A DNA stretch of 50,980 nt from Candidatus Eiseniibacteriota bacterium. Lineage in GTDB: Bacteria; Orphanbacterota; Orphanbacteria; Orphanbacterales; Orphanbacteraceae. The first letter of the stretch is position 1. Every line of letters begins with the position of its first letter. Positions 15,281 to 24,300 of this stretch are shown here, in pieces. Location of the stretch: NCBI GenBank assembly GCA_043809585.1, contig JBDROZ010000036.1:1-50980 (forward strand), in the 5' to 3' direction. The notes below the pieces were generated by a model. The model was not told the origin of the DNA and made no database searches. It worked only from the letters and a program-made list of their open reading frames with translations. Made by a program: the position numbers and the translations under genes.

Positions 15281-18172
15281 TCACTCCGGCGGCAGCTGGG
15301 GCATCTTGATGCCGAACTTCTTCAGCTTGTAGCGGAGAAGCTGGCGTGAGATGCCGAGGATCTCCGCCGCCGTGCCGGGGCTGCCGCCGCTCTCCCGGAC
15401 CGCCTCCTTGATGCGGTCCTCCTCGAACTCGGCGACCGCCCGGAGGAGTCGATGCTGGGGGGGGCGGCGCTTGATTGCTCCGGACCGCACGACCCGCGAA
15501 AGATCGGCCGGCCCGATCGCCCGCCCGGCGGGCAGGAGCGCGATCGCCCGGCGGATCTCGTTCTGCAGCTCCCGCACGTTCCCCGGCCACGGGTGTCTCG
15601 CGAGAAGTCTCACCGCTTCCGGCGTGATGCCATCGACGGTCTTCCGCTCTTCTGCGGCGCACATCTTGACGAAGTGCTCGGCGAGGAGGGGAATGTCCCC
15701 CGGCCGGTCCCGTAGCGGGGGCACCTGGACGCGGATCACGTGCAGCCGGTAGAAGAGGTCGCCCCGGAACCGTCCCCGGTCGACTTCCGCCTCGAGGTCC
15801 CGGTGGGTTGCCGCCACGACGCGCACATCGATCTCCCGGTCCTCCGCCTCGCCGACCCGTTTCATTCGTCCTTCCTCGATCACCCGGAGGAGCCGGATCT
15901 GCACGGCGCTCGAGAAGTCGCCCACCTCGTCGAGGAAAAGCGTCCCCCCCCGGGCCCGTTCGAAAAGGCCTTCCTTGTCCGCCACGGCGCCGGTGAAGGA
16001 GCCGCGGGCGTGGCCGAAGAGTTCGCTTTCGAGGAGGGTCTCGGGGAACTCGGCGCAGTGGACGTGAACGAAGCGGCCCGCCCGGCCCCGGTCGCCCATC
16101 TCGTGGAGGAGCCTCGCGAGGAGGCCCTTGCCCGTCCCGGTCTCCCCCTCGATCAGCACCGTGGCGGGGGAGTTGCGGACCGAAGCGATCCGGTCGACCA
16201 GATCCTGCATGACCCGGCTCCCCGCGATGATGCGGGGGTGCGTTCGCGAAGAGGCCTCCGGCCTCACCGACGGGACCCTTCGGAGAAGCGCCTTCCCCCG
16301 GGCGGTGAACTCGCCCGCCTCCTTCTCGCTGAACGGGTCGGCGCCGATCCGCCGTTCCACATAGAGAAGGGATCCCTCCGCGTCGTCCGGGCGGAACGCG
16401 AGGTAAGGTCCGTGACATTCCTCCGGCCCGCCGGTGGTCCGCCCGGCGGAGACGATCAGGCGGCGGTCGTCCGTGTCTCGGAGGCGTTGGAAAACCGGTG
16501 CGGCCGACTCGGCGCCGGCGCCGACGAGGCGGTTCCCCTCGGGGGCGCCGGGAAGGTGAAGGAAGGCGATCTTCGCGCCGAGACGGCGCCCGAGGGCGCG
16601 CACCGACGGCTCGATCCCGCACTCCTCTTCGCCGAGGAGAACGGGGCCTTCCTTCTCGAGGGCGATTCGGGCGGTCTCCATCTCGAGATCGGCCCGAAGG
16701 CGCTCGATCTCTCGGAAAGCGACGACGGGATGAAAGGGGCGCAACCCGTCCTCCGCGTCCCGGAGGAGACGAAGGCACTCGTGGGGTGTGATCGTCCCCT
16801 GCAGGGCGCGCACCCCTTCGACGAGAAGAAACCCCCGGCGGCGGCCGAGGTCGAGGTCCCGGAAGATCGCGGCGGCTCTGTCGAAGTCCCGCAGGCTCCG
16901 GCGCCGCTCCTCCCGGGTGCGCCGGGGGGCCGCGGCCCTCTGCCTCGCACGCTCGGCAAAGGAGAGGGCGAGCTCGAAGCGGGCGCCCACATCTCCCAAT
17001 ATCCGAAGGCTCTTCTTCAGCGACGCCTCGGCGGATTGAATTCGCCCGCCGCTCGCGAACAAGAGCCGCGCCTTGACGCGATGGAGAATGCCCTCCTCCC
17101 GCCGGTCGCCGATCTTCTCGGCCAGACCGAGGGATGCCTCCAGTTCCCGCCGCGACTCCGCGAATTCCCCCCGCTCCAGATGCCACTCCGCCAGACGGCG
17201 GCCGATTTCGCAAACCACGTCCCCTTCCGGCGCGATCCGGAGCCCGATCTCCATTCCCTTCCTATAGAGGGTTCCCGCTTCCTTCCCGTCCCCCGCCGCC
17301 CGGTCCAGATCGCCGAGAAACTCGTACCCCAGCGCCTCCTCCCGCGGGAACCCGACCTCCACCGCCATCTCCAGACCCTTCCGGAGGTGCTTCCGCGCGC
17401 TCGTGAAATCCTCGAGGAAGAGATACGTCCGGCCGAGGGAGAGGTGGGAGGTAATTACAGTTCGTTGACGATGGGACCTATTCGCCCGTTTGAAGGCCTC
17501 TTTGAACCGGACAAGTGAACTCTGAAACTCACCAAGCCAAAAGGCAATATGTCCACTTCCCTGGTACCAATCGGCGACACTAGACAAGTTCTCTGCAACA
17601 CCCACCCGAATCGCCTTATCAACAGATACCATTGCAGAGGCAAGATCTCCGCGATTCTTGTGTGCCAGAGAAAGATTGTGGAGTGAGTGGCCTTCGGCCC
17701 ATTTGTCTCCGAAGTGACTTGCGAAAGCTGCAACTTGGCTGCATACCTCCTTGGCTCGCTCGTAGTCCCCGAATCTCAGCAGCAAGCTCTGGTATGTCAC
17801 CATAGGCGGGAGGGCTTCACGCGAGACAGATTGGCAGCTCCTTTTAAGAACCAGGTCAACGTAGGAGAGAGCGATTTCATAATTCCCAAGACGATGGTGG
17901 ACCCTGGCTAACAGATGAGCGGCTGAGAAGAGATGAGCATTAGGCAGATTCGGAGACTCTAAGTCAAGACCCGCAACCTCGTCGAGAGCAGACTGATACT
18001 CACCAAGGATGGCATAGCACCATCCTGAGAGAATCTGAGACTCCATAGTGGGTGAGGCATCGGTAGTCGGAAGTGTCTCAAGGAGACCACGGATCTCCAA
18101 GGAGGACCTGGCGCTTTCCGGCGCAAGAGGCTGACGGCTCAGCTCTCGAATTCTGCTCCAGGTATCCGACAT
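15281..18172 (-). CDS. Sigma54-dependent transcriptional activator (bEBP) with N-terminal TPR region and C-terminal Fis-type HTH
   Basis: Walker A GETGTGK, ESELFGHARGSFTGA, LFLDEVG, FRGDLFYRL, WPGNVREL and AAEILGISR. About 500 aa of TPR-like helical repeats at the N-terminus, with no REC domain. Confidence 0.92.
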   Translation of the reverse strand: MSDTWSRIRELSRQPLAPESARSSLEIRGLLETLPTTDASPTMESQILSGWCYAILGEYQSALDEVAGLDLESPNLPNAHLFSAAHLLARVHHRLGNYEIALSYVDLVLKRSCQSVSREALPPMVTYQSLLLRFGDYERAKEVCSQVAAFASHFGDKWAEGHSLHNLSLAHKNRGDLASAMVSVDKAIRVGVAENLSSVADWYQGSGHIAFWLGEFQSSLVRFKEAFKRANRSHRQRTVITSHLSLGRTYLFLEDFTSARKHLRKGLEMAVEVGFPREEALGYEFLGDLDRAAGDGKEAGTLYRKGMEIGLRIAPEGDVVCEIGRRLAEWHLERGEFAESRRELEASLGLAEKIGDRREEGILHRVKARLLFASGGRIQSAEASLKKSLRILGDVGARFELALSFAERARQRAAAPRRTREERRRSLRDFDRAAAIFRDLDLGRRRGFLLVEGVRALQGTITPHECLRLLRDAEDGLRPFHPVVAFREIERLRADLEMETARIALEKEGPVLLGEEECGIEPSVRALGRRLGAKIAFLHLPGAPEGNRLVGAGAESAAPVFQRLRDTDDRRLIVSAGRTTGGPEECHGPYLAFRPDDAEGSLLYVERRIGADPFSEKEAGEFTARGKALLRRVPSVRPEASSRTHPRIIAGSRVMQDLVDRIASVRNSPATVLIEGETGTGKGLLARLLHEMGDRGRAGRFVHVHCAEFPETLLESELFGHARGSFTGAVADKEGLFERARGGTLFLDEVGDFSSAVQIRLLRVIEEGRMKRVGEAEDREIDVRVVAATHRDLEAEVDRGRFRGDLFYRLHVIRVQVPPLRDRPGDIPLLAEHFVKMCAAEERKTVDGITPEAVRLLARHPWPGNVRELQNEIRRAIALLPAGRAIGPADLSRVVRSGAIKRRPPQHRLLRAVAEFEEDRIKEAVRESGGSPGTAAEILGISRQLLRYKLKKFGIKMPQLPPE

Positions 18173-18190
18173 CGCATTCCTTGTAATGTC

Positions 18191-18463
18191 CTACAAGAAC
18201 AACTGCGTCTTGAAGAGGACATCGATAACAAGTCGGAGGCTGGTTAGGAGTTCGGGTTGCCCAAACGTGTGTCCTCCGCCTTCAATATCGCCAGGAGTAT
18301 CCGGATCCCCATCAATCGGCTTTTCCTGTGCATCCTGCGCCGGCAGGAACCGGTCATACCCGTGCGCGACGGAGGGCAAGAAGATACCGACACCGAAAGT
18401 GAGGATCAGGAAGATCGAAACGATCGCGGAGACGGAACGATTGAGATTACCGATCGGGGCCAC
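18191..18463 (-). CDS. Small secreted peptide/protein (90 aa) upstream of the TPR-bEBP
   Basis: Strong SD AAGGAAGGAG before GTG; signal peptide ending VAHG; acidic GDPDTPGD core; hydrophobic C-terminal tail. Stops 18 nt before the bEBP ATG. Confidence 0.7.
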   Translation of the reverse strand: MAPIGNLNRSVSAIVSIFLILTFGVGIFLPSVAHGYDRFLPAQDAQEKPIDGDPDTPGDIEGGGHTFGQPELLTSLRLVIDVLFKTQLFL

Positions 18464-19143
18464 GGTACTACTCCTTCCTTGCGAGTGGAGAGGGAAAATC
18501 TTTTTCCCCTACAACGATTGACTGCTTACGTAGTTACCGTAGCAGCAACCGCACCACCCTGCAAGAAAACCGCGACTTCAGCCCCCGAATCCACGGGTGC
18601 TCCGAAATGGGAAAAGCAGCCGGAAAACGAACGAAAACGGACACTTCCGGCCCCGAAAGTCCACGGACTCCGGGCATCCGTGCCGATGCGGAATCGGCCG
18701 GAGCGCCGTGATTCCAAGGGGTTAAGAAATCTCGCCCGGGGAGGACCCTTGGAGCCGTTCCATTCCGGGATAAAGAAACCCCCCGAGGTCCCGAGGGCCG
18801 GGGAAAAATCTTTCCCGCGCCAACGTCCGGCGACCCCTGAGTTTCGGTCCCGCTCTTGGATTCTACCGACCAGCTCCGGCAGGAGAGAACCGGCGATGCA
18901 TCGAGCCCAAAACACCAATCATCGCGCACGCCGGTCCTTCCGATCCGCAACGAAATCCTATCACGCAACCTCATGAAATGTCAACCGATGATGACCATGC
19001 TGTGAAGGTCGTGTACAGAGAAGAGAAGAAACCGGCCCCGATCCCCCGGCTCCCGCCCGCCGAATTCAGGGCCGCAGTTTCTGCAAGATCGAGGCTCGAG
19101 ACCGTAGGAACCTGGTTCCCTTTTCTTGCCCGGCGCGGATTTC

Positions 19144-19326
19144 CTAGAATCGGTTTCACAACCTCCTTCGTCGCGAGATCGAGCGAAAGGTTCGGCGGCA
19201 AGGATCAAGGGGAAAAACGCCCGGAGGTGGCCTAAGAAGGCCATTGAGGACGTTTTTACCCGAGTACGCAACCGCCGGGCCTTGCAGCCGATCGCAGTCG
19301 AATGGAGGTTGTGAAACCGGTTCGAG
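19144..19326. mobile_element. MITE-like element, copy B (inverted relative to copy A)
   Basis: Reverse complement of 50-232 with about 5 mismatches. Identity continues through 19327-19375, which equals the reverse complement of 1-49. Confidence 0.85.
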
Positions 19327-19464
19327 TTTCGAGCCGGCGCGCCAACTTACGTCCGCCCGCCATCGCCGGCCGCACCGCGCCCGTTCATCCCCCGGCCGGC
19401 AGAGTTCATTCTTTCGATGTGTTTCCCGTCTGGGAGCGCCCTCGCACGAAATGGAGGAACAGCC

Positions 19465-21189
19465 ATGAACCACCGCGAGATCCCGATTCTGATTTCGCTC
19501 ATCCTGCTCCTCGCCGCCGGGGCGGGCGCGAACCCGCTGCCCGAACCGGTCCCGACCTGGTACGCCATGCCCCCTTTCGCGGCGCCGGGGGAACCGATCG
19601 CCCTCGCGCTCTGGAACACCACATTCGAGACGATCGAAGTCCCGAATACGGCGCCGTGGCGCATCCTGGATCCGGACAGCAACATCGTCGCGAGTCCGGG
19701 GTTCTCCTTCCCGATGATCGTTCCCGTCCCCCCGGGGGGCTTTCTCACGTGGGGATGGAACGCCTACGGCGACGACGGCGAACCGATCGATCCGGGCGAC
19801 TACGACGCGATGGTGCCGTGGCACTACGACTACGACACGGTCTGGCATGATCTGAGAACGCCGGTCCGCATCATCGGCCACCCGGCGTGGAACACCGAGC
19901 CGGTGATCATCTTCCAGAGCGATCCGGCCGATCTCTACTTCCGGAATCTGTCGGACCAGGAGTACACCTTCCCCGTCACCTCACCCTGGAGAATCACGGA
20001 TCTCTCCGGAACGGGCGTCTATTGGCCCGTTTCTCTACCCATGCCGGATACCGTCCTTCCCGGAGAATGGCGGCATTGGTCGATGGACCCGGAGTTCGTC
20101 TGGCCTTCTCCCGGGACCTACGTCGGGGTGATCGAGTTTACCGACGAGGGCTTCGAGCATGTGGAGAAACACGACCCCTTCGCCGTGGTCGACAGCGTGG
20201 AGGGGGGCGTCGTCTGGATGGTGGAGCCCCTCGTGAACGGCACGAGGAGCGCCGTCACCCTGACCCTGACCAACGCGACGGCGGACACCGTCTTCCTTCC
20301 CGACCTCGGCCCGTGGTGGATCGAACATGCGGACACCCTCGTCTACGCGCCGGCGTCGGTTCTGATGATCTGGCCCGTGCCGCCGGGCGGCTCCATGGCC
20401 TGGTCGTGGGACGAGAAGGACTACCTCGAGAACTGGGTCGACGCCGGGGTCTACCGGGCTTCGGTCACGTACTCCCCCACCCGGGACCCCTGGGACGGAA
20501 TCCGGATGGACTTCGACTTCACCCTCGTCGACGTCGATCCCTCAGGTCCCTGCCTCTTCCTCGACCCGGAGCAACCCTCCTACTGCCAGGGCCAGACCGT
20601 GCGGTGGACATTCACGAACTGCGCCCCCGATACGATCGGCATGCTCGGACAGCACACGTGGTGGGTGACGGACCAGTACGGAACCCCCGTGTACATTCCG
20701 ATCGTGCTCTGGGCCCTCGACCGTTTCGCCCCCATGGAGACGGAGACCTTCGCCTGGGATCAGATCGACCTAAGCGGCGACTTGGTGGAGCCGGGGACGT
20801 ACTACGGGTGGGCGACGTTCACGGACAAGCTCTATCTCACGAGGCACACGGTCGTCTCGCCTCCGGTCACCATCGAGCCGTGCACCGGCGTGGAAGAGGG
20901 GCCGCCGCCCTTCCGGACGGTCTCGAGCTACCCGAACCCGTTCAATCCTTCGACGACAATCCGATTCGTCACGGCCGAGACCGGACCGGTGCGGCTCACG
21001 CTTGTCGATCCGGCCGGGCGCCACGTGCGCACCCTGGTGGACGCCGTTCTTCCTTCCCGTCCGGAGGGGCACGAGGCGGCCTGGGACGGGCGGGACAACG
21101 CCGGGCGCCCGGCGCCGAGCGGGATCTACTTCTACCGCCTCGAGGCCGCGGGGGAAACGCACACCGGAAAGTTGACCCTGATCCGCTAG
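19465..21189 (+). CDS. Secreted protein with four tandem Ig-like repeats and C-terminal FlgD-Ig/CTD domain
   Basis: SD GGAGG; signal peptide; 4 repeats of N....I......W.I.D..G..VY.P......PG....W.W...D..G..V.PG.Y; C-terminal YPNPFNPSTTIRF...WDGRD..G.PAPSGIYFYRL. Confidence 0.85.
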   Translation: MNHREIPILISLILLLAAGAGANPLPEPVPTWYAMPPFAAPGEPIALALWNTTFETIEVPNTAPWRILDPDSNIVASPGFSFPMIVPVPPGGFLTWGWNAYGDDGEPIDPGDYDAMVPWHYDYDTVWHDLRTPVRIIGHPAWNTEPVIIFQSDPADLYFRNLSDQEYTFPVTSPWRITDLSGTGVYWPVSLPMPDTVLPGEWRHWSMDPEFVWPSPGTYVGVIEFTDEGFEHVEKHDPFAVVDSVEGGVVWMVEPLVNGTRSAVTLTLTNATADTVFLPDLGPWWIEHADTLVYAPASVLMIWPVPPGGSMAWSWDEKDYLENWVDAGVYRASVTYSPTRDPWDGIRMDFDFTLVDVDPSGPCLFLDPEQPSYCQGQTVRWTFTNCAPDTIGMLGQHTWWVTDQYGTPVYIPIVLWALDRFAPMETETFAWDQIDLSGDLVEPGTYYGWATFTDKLYLTRHTVVSPPVTIEPCTGVEEGPPPFRTVSSYPNPFNPSTTIRFVTAETGPVRLTLVDPAGRHVRTLVDAVLPSRPEGHEAAWDGRDNAGRPAPSGIYFYRLEAAGETHTGKLTLIR

Positions 21190-21223
21190 CCCGGATTCTG
21201 TCGTGCGAAGGCCCGGAAACGAG

Positions 21224-21249
21224 GCCCCCGCCGCCGGGCGGGGGCTTTT
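21224..21249 (+). terminator. Rho-independent terminator
   Basis: GCCCCCGCC-gccg-GGCGGGGGC-TTTT. Confidence 0.75.
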
Positions 21250-21368
21250 CCCGTCTCCTTCGCGGGTTGATGGAGCGAACCCCGTTACGTTACACTTGAA
21301 AGGCACGGGGATGCCGCCCCCGCCGGAGAACGCCGACAACCGAACCCCGCCGCAACGAAGAGGTAGCC

Positions 21369-24300
21369 GTGCCACGGGCCGTCATCCCGATCATCCCGGC
21401 GAAACTCACTACGCCCCCCGTACCGGCCTCGTGCGTCCCCCGTCCCCGCCTCGACCGCCTTCGGGAGGGTTGGACGGGGCGCCGGTTGGTCCTCGTCACC
21501 GCGGGCGCCGGGTTCGGAAAGACCACCTTCCTCGCCGAACACGCCCGCGCCTCGGCCCGTCCCGTGGTCTGGTACACGCCGGACGAGATGGACGCCGGCG
21601 TCGCCGCCTTCGGCGCCCATCTCTGCCACGGCCTCGGTTGCGGGGGAAGGGGCCGGGAGGCCTCGGTGGACGGGAGGGACCCGGACCAGCTCCTTGCCCG
21701 CCTCGCCCGCGCCCTCCGGGAGGCCGAATCGGATGTGACCCTCGTGATCGACGACTTCCATCTCGTCGCCGGCGCGCCGGGGATCGACCGGTTCGTGGAG
21801 TGGCTGGCCCGCTACTTCCCCCCCGGGGGCACGCTCATCCTCTCCTCGAGAGAGGCGCCCACCATCTCCACGATGAAGTTGCGCTCCCTCGGCCAGGTGG
21901 CGGAAGTGGGCGCTTCGGACCTCCGCTTCACCGAAGAGGAGACCGCCGCGCTCTTCCGCCGGCGCTTCGACGGCGCCGAGATCGACCTCGAACTTTGCCG
22001 GCGAGTGACGGCGCGCACCGAAGGATGGGCCGCCGGCCTCGCCATCTTCTTCCAGGTCCTCGACTCGCCGGCGCCCCACCGGGTGGAGGAAGCCCTCTCG
22101 TCGATGAGCGCCGCCGGTTCCGGCTGGTTCTCCTATTTCACCGAAGAGGTCCTCCGGAGGCTCGACGATGAAACCCGGGAATTCCTCCTCGGCACTTCCC
22201 TTCTCCCCCGGCTCGAGCCCGCCCTCTGCGACCGGGTGCTCGGAATCGACGGGAGCGGGAAGGTTCTGGAGCGCCTCGCATCCCGGAATCTCTTCACCTT
22301 CAGGTCCGAGGGAGGGGGAAACGCCTACCGATACCATCACCTCTTCCGGGAGTTTCTCCGGGACCGGCTCGAACGGTCATGGGACGGGGCGGCAATCGGC
22401 CGGCGGCTGAAACTCGCGGCCACCGCCCTCGAAGAGAACGGGGCTTTCGCCGAGGCGGTTGTGGCGTGGGCCGAGGCGGGCCGGAACGACCAGGCCCTCC
22501 GGCTCGTGGAGAAGCTCGGGGAGGACCTCCTCGCCGCCGGCCGGTTCGAGGTGATCCGCCGCGCCCTGGAGCGCATGCCCCCCGGACTCCTCGACGAACA
22601 CCCGGCGGCGCTCCTCGTGCTCGGCCGGGCGACGGAGATTCCGGGGCGGGGCGAGGAAGCGGAGAAGATCTACCGCCGGGCCCTCCGGCGCGCCGACGCG
22701 GGCCCTCTCCGGATCGAGCTGATGGCGCTCATCGCGCAGAACCTCCAACGCCGGGGGGAGCACCGGAAGTGCACGACCCTCTGCCAAAAAGCCCTCGGCG
22801 AACCGCGTCCCATCCCGGCGCGCACCCGGGGACGGCTGCTCAACATGCTCGGCATATCGGCCTGCGAACTCGGCCGCCTCGACGAAGCGGAAGCGTATCT
22901 CGAAGAAGCCACGCTGCTTCTCCGGCGGAGCGGCGAACGGGACATCCCCACCTTCTATCTGCTGCCGGGGAACATCCACTACCGGCGCGGCGATTTCCAG
23001 AGGGCGAAGGAGGCCGCGCGCCGGGCGCTCCTCGAGTTCAAGAAAAGGAAGGACCGCCGCCGCTTCTGCCACAGCCTCGGAGTGCTCGCCCATGTGACCG
23101 CCGAGGCGTGCGAGGTTCGGGAGGCTCGGGCCCTCGCCGGGGAAGTGCTGCGCCTCGCGGAGGCCCTCGACTATCCCCTGATGCAGGGCTACGGCCACAT
23201 GGCCCTCGGCCGCTGTCTCCGCGTCGAGGGCGATCTCCGGGGGGCGCGGGAGTGTTTCGAGGCGGCCCAGGGGATCGGCGAACGCGTGGGTGAGACGGGA
23301 CTCCGAACGATCCCCGCGAACCGGCTCGCCGATATCGCCCTCCGGGAGGGCAACCGGCCGCGGGCCGCCCGCCTCGCCGGGCTCGCCCTGGAAGAGGCGG
23401 TCGCCGCCGGAGAGATTTACGAAGAGGTGGAGAGTTGCCTGCTCCTCGGAGACCTCCGGGCCCGGACGAGACCGGCCGAAGGGGAGAGATGGCGGGCCCG
23501 GGCGGAGAAGATCATCCGGCGCGTCGGAATGAACTTCGAGCTTCACCGCCTCCTCCTCGGCCGCCTCGATTCCGGCAGACTCTCCGACGACGAAGCCCGG
23601 GCCGCCCTCGAGGAACTCCTCACGGGCGCCGCAGCCCTCGGCCACGACTTCCTCTTCCTCTCCCTCGAGCAGGAACGATCCATTCCCGTGCTCGCCCGGG
23701 CCGTCCGAGAGGGGGTGGAGCCCGAATACGCCTCCCGACTTCTCGGGGCGATCGGAGAACCCGCGGTCCCCTCCCTCACGCCCCTCGCGACGCACGCGGA
23801 TGAAGAGACGAGGACCAGGACGATTCACCTCCTCACCCGGATCGGGGGAAACGAGGCGTGGCGGGTTCTCGCCCGCGCGGCGGAAGGGGGTTCCTCGGAC
23901 GCTCGGGAGGCGCGGGCGGCGATGGAGGAGATCGGGGCCACCCCCCGCTCCCCCCTCCGGATCTACGCACTCGGCCCCCTCCGCGTCGAAGGGGGGGGGC
24001 GGTGTCTCGAATTGGGCGACTGGAAATCGGCCCGCGCCCTCCGGCTCTTCCAGCTCCTTCTCGTACACCGCTTCCGGTGGGTCCCCCGGGACCAATTGAT
24101 CGAGACGCTCTGGCCGGACGGCGACCCGGCGAAGGGGACCAACAACTTCCGCCAGACGATCCACTTGCTCCGCCGCGTCCTCCGCTCCGGCGGGGAAGAC
24201 GCGAAGAGTTCCCCGTACATTCTCGTGCACAACGAATCGTGCCGCCTCGAAGCGGGCGAAGGGGCCCGCTACGACGTGGCCGAGTTCGAAGAGACGATCC

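Noticed and set aside
17450-18340. Prophage, IS insertion or DGR variable region explaining the low-GC patch
   Set aside because: No transposase, integrase, reverse transcriptase or template repeat is seen, and the host ORF reads through intact.
18550-19140. ORFs or ncRNA in the intergenic region upstream of the peptide gene
   Set aside because: The overlapping ORFs have no recognisable features, and I could not support a structured RNA or sigma54 site by eye.
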